NCBI GenBank assembly: GCA_964634315.1 | Contig: CAZWIR010000012.1 | Span: 1-14,208, forward strand | Reading direction: 5' to 3' | From: an uncultured Planctomycetia bacterium | GTDB lineage: Bacteria; Omnitrophota; Gorgyraeia; Duberdicusellales; 4484-171 | Length of the DNA stretch: 14,208 nt | Shown here: positions 7,890-14,208 of the stretch, in pieces | Position numbering within the stretch: position 1 is the first letter of the stretch | How the letters are laid out: every line of letters starts with the position of its first letter | The notes under the pieces: generated by a model | Database searches by the model: none | Seen by the model: only the letters and a program-made list of their open reading frames with translations | Told to the model about the DNA's origin: nothing | Position numbers and translations under genes: made by a program

Positions 7890-7897
7890 AAGCTTTT

Positions 7898-9904
7898 ATG
7901 CAGAGTGATGTAATGAAAAAAAGGACTTTTCTTGTTTGTGGCCATGCTCAATCCGGCAAAACTTCTCTTACTGAAGCTATACTTTTTAAATCTGGAGCTA
8001 TTTCCCGCCTGGGCAAGGTAGATAATGAAACTTCCACTAGTGATTACGAAGATGATGAAAAAAGAAGAAAGAGTTCTATTAACTTATCGGTTTTAGGAGC
8101 TGATTATAAGGGAAATTCTTTGCAATTCATTGATACTCCCGGTTATCTTGATTTTATTGGTGAGTTGATAACTAGTTCTTGTGCTGTAGATTTTGCTGTT
8201 ATTATAGTTGATGCCGTAGAAGGAGTTGGGATAGGAACAGAGAAAGCTTGGAATATTTTAAGAGAGAAAAATGTACCATGTTTATTTTTTATTAACAAGC
8301 TTGATAAGGATAATACTGAGTATGCTAAAACTTTAAATGATATAAAAGCGAATTTAACTAAAAATGCTGTAAGTATGGGAACTGTAGATGGGAAAAATAT
8401 AACTAATATCTTGAAAAATAAAGATAAAGAACCTGCAGCCTATAATAAAATCGTAGAGTTGGCCGCTGAGAGAGATGATGCTTTAGTAGAGAAATATTTA
8501 GAAACCGGAGAATTATCAGAGGCAGAGTTTAACTTAACTCTTAAAAAATCAATCATTAACTGTCAAGTTTTCCCCGTGGTTGGTGGAATAGCTATTCAAG
8601 AGGTAGGCATTGATTGTCTTCTTGATCTAATCGTTGACATTATGCCTTCAGTAGGCGAATTTTTACCTCGACAGGCTAAGGATAAAGCTTCACAAGATAT
8701 AAATATTGAGCCTAAGGCAGATGCTCCTTTTTCAGCTCAGGTTTTTAAGACTGTTATTGATCCTTTTGTTGGTCAGCTCACTATTTTTAGAGTATTCTCC
8801 GGTAAATTGAATTCCAACAGTGAGTTTTTTGATGCCTCTAAGGGCGCTAAAGAAAAATTTGGCCAACTTTATTTCTTGCAAGGTAAACAACAAGTGGCGT
8901 CTGAAGCAGTTTGTGCCGGAGATATTGCCGCAGTAGCAAAATTAAAGAGCGCTCAGACTCAAGATACTATTTGTGTATCTTCTCGGGTTGTAGAATTCCC
9001 CAAGCTGGTTTTTCCTTCTCCAGCTTATTCGGCTTCAGTTAAGCCTAAGACGCGTCAAGATGAAGATAAGATATCTTCAGCCCTTGCCCGCTTAACTAGT
9101 GAGGATCCTACTTGTAGCACTTCTCTTGATGCTCAGACTAAAGAACTTATCATATCTGGCATGGGTGAGCTACACATTAAGGTAATTATCGATAGGATGA
9201 AGAGAAAATATAATGCTGACGTAGAATTAGGTACACCTAAGGTTCCTTATCTTGAGACTCTTACTAAGGCAGTACAGGTTTCTTACAAGCATAAAAAGCA
9301 AACCGGAGGCCGTGGTCAATATGGCGATGTTTCAATAGAGGTGGAACCACTCGAGCGAGGAAAGAAATTTGAATTTGTTAACAAAATTGTCGGCGGAGCA
9401 ATTCCTCGTAATTTTATCCCTTCTGTAGAAAAAGGTTTGCATAAGGCAATGAATGAAGGCTGTGTAGCAGGATATCCGATAGCTGATATTCGGATAACAC
9501 TTTTTGATGGTTCTTATCATCCAGTAGATTCTTCAGACATGGCTTTTCAAATCGCGGCAGCTCACGCTTTGAAAAAAGCTTTTGAGCAAGCTGGGGGTGT
9601 ATTACTAGAGCCAGTTATGAATGTAGAAATTGTTGCTCCCGAAGAAGTTATGGGCCAGATTACCGGAGATATAAATAGTAGACGAGGCCGAGTAATGGGG
9701 ATAGAAGTTAAGGGCAAAAATGAAGTTGTTAAAGCCAAGATTCCTTTAGCAGAGATGTTTAAGTATGCTTCAGATCTGCGTTCAGTTACCGGTGGACGCG
9801 GTAGTTATTCTATGAGTTTTTCTAATTACGATATTGTTCCTGGTCGAATTGCTCAAGGGATCGCCGAGAAAACAAAAAAGGTTAAAGAGGAGAAACACGC
9901 TTAA
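7898..9904 (+). CDS. fusA2: Elongation factor G paralogue of the EF-G2 / EFG-II type (not the canonical translocase)
   Basis: The 668-aa product has P-loop GHAQSGKTS, G3 DTPGYLDF (Tyr83 at 8144-8146 where canonical trGTPases have His) and G4 NKLD. Domains IV-V are well conserved (KKQTGGRGQYGDV, GSYHPVDSSDMAFQIAA, LLEPVM.VEI..PEE..G.I.GD...RRG, PLAEMF.YA..LRS.T.GRG). It lies outside the rpsL-rpsG-fusA-tuf context. Confidence 0.88.
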   Translation: MQSDVMKKRTFLVCGHAQSGKTSLTEAILFKSGAISRLGKVDNETSTSDYEDDEKRRKSSINLSVLGADYKGNSLQFIDTPGYLDFIGELITSSCAVDFAVIIVDAVEGVGIGTEKAWNILREKNVPCLFFINKLDKDNTEYAKTLNDIKANLTKNAVSMGTVDGKNITNILKNKDKEPAAYNKIVELAAERDDALVEKYLETGELSEAEFNLTLKKSIINCQVFPVVGGIAIQEVGIDCLLDLIVDIMPSVGEFLPRQAKDKASQDINIEPKADAPFSAQVFKTVIDPFVGQLTIFRVFSGKLNSNSEFFDASKGAKEKFGQLYFLQGKQQVASEAVCAGDIAAVAKLKSAQTQDTICVSSRVVEFPKLVFPSPAYSASVKPKTRQDEDKISSALARLTSEDPTCSTSLDAQTKELIISGMGELHIKVIIDRMKRKYNADVELGTPKVPYLETLTKAVQVSYKHKKQTGGRGQYGDVSIEVEPLERGKKFEFVNKIVGGAIPRNFIPSVEKGLHKAMNEGCVAGYPIADIRITLFDGSYHPVDSSDMAFQIAAAHALKKAFEQAGGVLLEPVMNVEIVAPEEVMGQITGDINSRRGRVMGIEVKGKNEVVKAKIPLAEMFKYASDLRSVTGGRGSYSMSFSNYDIVPGRIAQGIAEKTKKVKEEKHA

Positions 9905-10593
9905 TGAAGATATTTAATCTCGGTCTTGAGATTGAGCCGGGAAAGCATAAGTATAAACTTGAGTCGGCAGATAAATTAATTGAGAAATTTTCGCCCCAAA
10001 AAGTATCTCTCTACTCAGTTGAATTCGTTGATAGTGAACCTGAAACTGCGGATGCGATTGTATTTAATAGCAACAACAAGTTAGATCTTGTTCTAATTGA
10101 TTTAGAGAAAATAGAGAAGAGATTGTTAAAGGCCGAAGATCAAGAAGAAAAGTTAATTCTTGCTAAAGCTCAAAAATTTTTGGAAGAAGAGAAGTTAATT
10201 TGTGACGGTGAATTTACTTCTAGTGAAGTAGATATCTTCAAATTATTACAACTAGTTACTTGTAAGCCTTGTTTAGGGGTAGATAAAGTTAGTGATATTG
10301 ATCAGCTGATAAAAAAGATTATTAATAAGTCGGAAGTACTTTTGTTTTTTACTGCCGGTAAAAAAGAAGTCCATGTTTGGAGTATGGACAAGGGTGAGAG
10401 CATTTTAGAGGCTGCAGGTAAGATCCACAGCGATTTAAAAAGAGGGTTTATAAAAGGTGAAGTTTCTAACGTGGGCGATTTAGATAATTTTTTTAATATG
10501 GCTGAGGCAAGATCTCGGGGGTTTGTAAAAATAGTCGGTAAAGATTATATCGTCCAAGAGGGAGATATAATCGAAATAAGGTTTAACGTATAA
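9904..10593 (+). CDS. YchF/Ola1-derived protein: degenerate G domain, retained helical insert and C-terminal TGS-like (DUF933) domain
   Basis: The C-terminal ~85 aa of this 229-aa product (nt ~10336-10590) read FFTAGKKEVHVWSMDKGESILEAAGKIHSDLKRGFIKGEV....GKDYIVQEGDIIEIRFNV. That closely parallels the E. coli YchF C-terminus. The N-terminal part is colinear with YchF but lacks the nucleotide-binding motifs. Its ATG shares one base with the upstream TAA (9902-9904), and GAGGAG lies 12 nt upstream. Confidence 0.8.
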   Translation: MKIFNLGLEIEPGKHKYKLESADKLIEKFSPQKVSLYSVEFVDSEPETADAIVFNSNNKLDLVLIDLEKIEKRLLKAEDQEEKLILAKAQKFLEEEKLICDGEFTSSEVDIFKLLQLVTCKPCLGVDKVSDIDQLIKKIINKSEVLLFFTAGKKEVHVWSMDKGESILEAAGKIHSDLKRGFIKGEVSNVGDLDNFFNMAEARSRGFVKIVGKDYIVQEGDIIEIRFNV

Positions 10594-10595
10594 CT

Positions 10596-12110
10596 ATGTT
10601 AAAAATTAGAAGAGCCTTGATAAGTGTTTGGGATAAAAAAGGAATAGCTGATTTGGCTAAGAAGTTAGCAGGACTTGGTGTTGAAATAGTTTCAACCGGT
10701 AAAACCGCGACTCTTTTGCGCAGAGCCGGAGTCTCAGTTAAAGATGTTGCAACTTTGACTTCTTTTCCTGAGATACTTTCAGGGAGGGTAAAGACTCTTC
10801 ATCCTAAGGTATTCGGAGGCATCTTAGCTAATAAGAAACACCCCTTACATATGGAGGAAATAAGAAGTTTAGGTATACAACCGATTGATATGGTAGTAGT
10901 TAATCTCTATCCTTTTGTTGAAATGGCGAAAGAGAAATTAAGCTGGGATGAGATGATAGAATATATAGATATTGGTGGGCCGTCAATAATAAGATCAGCA
11001 GCTAAGAATTTTAAAAATGTTGCTTGCATTAGTGATGCTCGACAATATAAATCAATTTTAAACGAACTTCAGAAAAATAAAGGGTTTGTGTCTGAACAAA
11101 CTTTAAAAGATTTAGCTGAGAATGCTTTTTATACTACTAAAGAGTATGATAATGCTATCTATAATTACTTTAAAGGCAAAGATGTTTTTAGCTGGAATTT
11201 AGAACAAGCTCATTCTTTGCGTTACGGAGAGAATCCTCACCAGAAGGGTGCTTTGTTTAAGGTAGTTGATTTTAATAATGTAAAATTTAAACAATTTCAG
11301 GGCAAAGCTTTATCTTATAATAATTTTCTTGATTTAGACGTAGCTATACAGCAGGCAAAGGAATTTAATGAGCCAGTAGCTGTTATTGTTAAGCATGCTT
11401 CTATCTGTGGAGTAGGGGTTGATAAGAAATTAGCTTCAGCCTACAAGAAAGCATATCAGACTGATAAGATTTCCAGCTTCGGAGGAATTATCGCTTTAAA
11501 CCGAAAGGTAGATAGAGAGACTGCCAATCAAATTTTAAAGAGTGAGTTTAAAGAGTGCGTTACTGCTGTCGCTTATTCCAAAGAAGCATTGAAGATTTTT
11601 TCGACTAAAAAAAATCTCAGAGTCCTTGAAGCTGATTTTGCCCAAAAGACAGACTCTAAAGACGTAAAGACTACGATTTTTGGCTATCTTGTCCAAAGTC
11701 GTAATTCTTTAGCTCTAGATAAGAGTAGTTTAAAAGTAGTAACTAATAAAAAGCCCAGCCAACGCGAACTCAAAGATTTAATATTTGCCTGGAAGGTAGT
11801 TAAGTGGGTAAAATCTAATGCTATCGTTATAGCTAAAAATAATTCTGTTTTGGGTATTGGAGGAGGCCAGCCTTCAAGAGTCGGGGCAGTAAAGATAGCT
11901 TTAAACAAGACTAAGGTATCTCCGCGCTTGGCAGTATTGGCTTCCGATGGATTTTTTCCTAAGGAAGATGCAATAAAAGTTGCTTATAAAAAAGGAATCA
12001 AGGCTATAATCCAACCCGGAGGTTCAATAAAGGATAAGGATATTATAAAAGCATGTGATAAGTTAGGTATAAGTATGGTTTTTACAGGCATCCGTCATTT
12101 TCGCCACTAA
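10596..12110 (+). CDS. purH: Bifunctional AICAR transformylase / IMP cyclohydrolase
   Basis: The 504-aa product carries the N-terminal MGS-like IMPCH motifs (ALISVWDKKG, STGKTA, FPEILSGRVKTLHPKVFGGIL, VVVNLYPF, IDIGGPS..R.AAKN). AICARFT motifs are also present (LRYGENPHQ, LSYNN..D.D.A, KH...CG, FGGIIA.N, GGGQ.SRV, ASD.FFP). It starts 2 nt after the upstream stop. Confidence 0.95.
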   Translation: MLKIRRALISVWDKKGIADLAKKLAGLGVEIVSTGKTATLLRRAGVSVKDVATLTSFPEILSGRVKTLHPKVFGGILANKKHPLHMEEIRSLGIQPIDMVVVNLYPFVEMAKEKLSWDEMIEYIDIGGPSIIRSAAKNFKNVACISDARQYKSILNELQKNKGFVSEQTLKDLAENAFYTTKEYDNAIYNYFKGKDVFSWNLEQAHSLRYGENPHQKGALFKVVDFNNVKFKQFQGKALSYNNFLDLDVAIQQAKEFNEPVAVIVKHASICGVGVDKKLASAYKKAYQTDKISSFGGIIALNRKVDRETANQILKSEFKECVTAVAYSKEALKIFSTKKNLRVLEADFAQKTDSKDVKTTIFGYLVQSRNSLALDKSSLKVVTNKKPSQRELKDLIFAWKVVKWVKSNAIVIAKNNSVLGIGGGQPSRVGAVKIALNKTKVSPRLAVLASDGFFPKEDAIKVAYKKGIKAIIQPGGSIKDKDIIKACDKLGISMVFTGIRHFRH

Positions 12111-12142
12111 GTTTTCCTTCCCCCCTAAAGTTTACTCACAAG

Positions 12143-13483
12143 ATGGATATGGTTGATCGATACAAAAAAGCAAAAGATTATTTAGATTCTTTTCAAAATT
12201 ACGAGAAGATCTCCTGTTTCCCTTACCAGCGTTCTTTCAAGCTAGAAAGAGTGCGTATTTTACTTAAAAGTCTAAAAATTCCCTATCAGGATTTAAAAGC
12301 TATTCATATTGCTGGCACAAAGGGTAAGGGTTCTACCGCTCACTTTCTAGCTGCCGCGCTTGCTGCCTCAGGTTTTAAGGTCGGGCTTTTTACTTCGCCA
12401 CATCTTTTGGATATTAGGGAGAGGATTCAGATAGTTAAAACTGTGAAGTCTAAAACCCAGGGCGGTTTGATTTCTAAAAAAGATCTATTTGACATTGTTG
12501 AAGAATTTCGGCCTAATCTGAAGAATTTAAAAATTTCTCAAAAGTTAGGCCAAGTAACTTTCTTTGAAGTTCTTACCGCAGTTGCTTTTAAATACTTTCT
12601 CCAAAGAAATGTAGACTTCTGTGTTCTAGAGAGCGGTTTAGGCGGAAGATTGGACTCTACCAATGTGGTTAGTCCTCTTGTAAGTATAGTTACTCATATT
12701 GACTATGATCATACTGATAAATTAGGAAAGAAATTAGCGGAGATTACTAATGAGAAAGCGGGAATCATAAAGAAAAATACACCTTTGGTATGTTCATTGC
12801 AGAGGCCATCTTCTTTAAGGGTTATTAAGAATAAGTGTAAGTTTAAGAATGCGCCACTTTTTCTTTTTAATAGAGATTTTAAAGCCCAGAATATAAGGTT
12901 TAGTAAAGAGTATACTACTTTTAATTTTAAATTTAATGATTTTGCTTTAAAAGATTTAAAGATTTATCTAAAAGGAAGATGCCAAGTTGAGAATGCATCT
13001 TTAGCCTTAGCAACTCTTTCTTTGTTAGAGAGTAAAAAAATAGTTAAGAAGAAAATTAATTATAGAGGTGGGTTTAAATCAGCTTATCTTCCGGGAAGAT
13101 TTGAAGTTGTAAATAAGTTTCCTCTGACTATTGTCGACGTTGCTCATAATGTTTCTTCGTTCTTAGCTTTGGGGGATAGTTTAAAGAGATACTTTTCTTG
13201 CAAGAAGATTATTTTAATATTTGCCTGTTCTCAAGACAAAAATGCTAAGAAGATGCTCAAGCAAATAGATTATTCTTATCTTATTCTTACTCGTTTTAAT
13301 AATCCTCGCTGTCAAGACCCTTTGAAACTTAAAAAGTTAGTTCAAAAGGAGAGTGTTCATTTAGCTAAAGATATAGGAGAGGCTTTGGGAAAGGCTAGGG
13401 GGAAATATAAAGATGGGTGGGCTATTGTGATTAGCGGTTCTTCATTCCTGGTAGGTGAGATTAAAAGAGACTGGATTTTTTAG
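12143..13483 (+). CDS. folC: Folylpolyglutamate synthase / dihydrofolate synthase (Mur-ligase family)
   Basis: The 446-aa product has the P-loop HIAGTKGKGST, FTSPHL..IRERI, E.GLGGRLD.TN, H.D..G..L..I..EKAGIIK and VDVAHN. The start could also be the second ATG at 12149. No SD is visible. Confidence 0.9.
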   Translation: MDMVDRYKKAKDYLDSFQNYEKISCFPYQRSFKLERVRILLKSLKIPYQDLKAIHIAGTKGKGSTAHFLAAALAASGFKVGLFTSPHLLDIRERIQIVKTVKSKTQGGLISKKDLFDIVEEFRPNLKNLKISQKLGQVTFFEVLTAVAFKYFLQRNVDFCVLESGLGGRLDSTNVVSPLVSIVTHIDYDHTDKLGKKLAEITNEKAGIIKKNTPLVCSLQRPSSLRVIKNKCKFKNAPLFLFNRDFKAQNIRFSKEYTTFNFKFNDFALKDLKIYLKGRCQVENASLALATLSLLESKKIVKKKINYRGGFKSAYLPGRFEVVNKFPLTIVDVAHNVSSFLALGDSLKRYFSCKKIILIFACSQDKNAKKMLKQIDYSYLILTRFNNPRCQDPLKLKKLVQKESVHLAKDIGEALGKARGKYKDGWAIVISGSSFLVGEIKRDWIF

Positions 13484-13509
13484 CAATTACCTATAAAATA
13501 CTCTTAACT

Positions 13510-14208
13510 ATGCGTGAGTTTAGATTAAAGGACTATAAATTAGGTGATACTATTGCTGCTATTGCTACTTTTCCTGGCAAATCTGCTTTAGGGGTAGTTA
13601 AGGTTTCAGGGTCTAAAGCCTTATTAATCGCATCTAGGGTATTTAAGCCTTATAGAAAGAAGAACATTAGGAAGGTGAAGACTCATACTCTTCATTATGG
13701 ATGGATTGTAGATAGGGGTAAAGGGAGGAAGGAAGAAACAGTTGATGAGGTTTTGTTAAGTATTATGCGTAAGCCTGCCACTTATACTAAGGAAGATGTT
13801 ATTGAAATTTCTTCTCACGGAGGAGTAGCAGTACTAAACAAGATATTAGAATTAGTATTAGAACAAGGGGCACGGTTGGCCTTACCAGGTGAGTTTACTT
13901 ATCGGGCTTTGATTGGGGGAAGAATTGATCTGCTTCAAGCTGAGAGTATTCGAGGGATCGTTGATGCTAAGAGCGAAAATGCCCTTGCCTTGGCTTCTTC
14001 GCAATTGAGAGGGGATACAACCTTAAAGGTAAAGCAATTAAAGATTGAATTAAAGGAGCTATTCGTTCAGACTGAAAGTGCAATAAATTTTCCTGAGGAT
14101 GATATCGATGTCTCTTCCTTGAATTTAAGAAAAAAAATAGAAGCTTTAGCTAAAAAGGTAGATGATCTTCTCCAAGGTAGTCGGGAAGCAGAAATTATGT
14201 GTGAAGGC
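13510..14208 (+). CDS. mnmE: tRNA modification GTPase MnmE (TrmE), N-terminal 233 codons (3' end lies outside the window)
   Basis: The frame is open from ATG 13510-13512 to the window edge. The product starts MREFRLKDYKLGDTIAAIATFPGKSALGVVKVSGSKAL and continues ...DEVLLSIMRKPATYTKEDVIEISSHGG...LPGEFT.RA...GRIDL.QAES. This is the folate-binding N-terminal domain and the start of the helical domain of MnmE. It is absent from the ORF track because no stop lies inside the window. Confidence 0.9.
   Translation, partial: MREFRLKDYKLGDTIAAIATFPGKSALGVVKVSGSKALLIASRVFKPYRKKNIRKVKTHTLHYGWIVDRGKGRKEETVDEVLLSIMRKPATYTKEDVIEISSHGGVAVLNKILELVLEQGARLALPGEFTYRALIGGRIDLLQAESIRGIVDAKSENALALASSQLRGDTTLKVKQLKIELKELFVQTESAINFPEDDIDVSSLNLRKKIEALAKKVDDLLQGSREAEIMCEG

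Noticed and set aside
9332-9520. 62-aa minus-strand ORF inside the EF-G-like gene
   Set aside because: It lies antisense to the most conserved part of EF-G domain IV. It is a chance open frame in AT-rich sequence.
11684-11908. 74-aa minus-strand ORF inside purH
   Set aside because: It lies antisense to the conserved AICARFT region, including the GGGQPSRV block. It shows no independent coding signal.
1-14208. Search by eye for defence systems, mobile elements, CRISPR repeats, tRNA/rRNA and riboswitch-sized leaders
   Set aside because: Intergenic space is minimal. The largest gap is 154 nt and is explained by a promoter plus leader. I saw no transposase, integrase or nuclease-like ORFs, no spaced direct repeats and no cloverleaf-capable segments. 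The window looks like core genome rather than an accessory island.

Overview
The window is an AT-rich bacterial chromosomal segment that is almost entirely coding and uses the standard genetic code. TGA serves as a stop in the ATGA overlap at 1040-1043. Gene order is: purC (3' end only), etfB-etfA (EtfA fused to a 2x[4Fe-4S] ferredoxin domain), smc, a convergent GAF-GGDEF diguanylate cyclase on the minus strand, queA, then a good sigma70-type promoter driving a tight operon. That operon holds an EF-G2-type elongation factor G paralogue, a YchF-derived protein lacking NTPase motifs, purH, folC and mnmE (5' part, runs off the window). I found no tRNA, rRNA, CRISPR array, transposase, integrase or recognisable defence genes. 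It reads as core genome from a probably uncultivated lineage, and I cannot assign a taxon from sequence alone. Four things deserve a second look. (1) A 229-aa protein is colinear with YchF but has lost its P-loop, G2, G3 and specificity motifs while keeping a near-canonical C-terminal TGS-like domain. (2) That gene overlaps the EF-G2-type paralogue by 1 nt, behind the only strong promoter and the only perfect Shine-Dalgarno site in the window. (3) The SMC protein has normal heads and coiled coils, but its hinge is cut to about 65 aa and lacks the glycine-rich dimerisation half. (4) A bifurcating-type, ferredoxin-fused EtfAB pair has no adjacent dehydrogenase partner. All functional interpretations here are inference from motifs read by eye. 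No database search was run.
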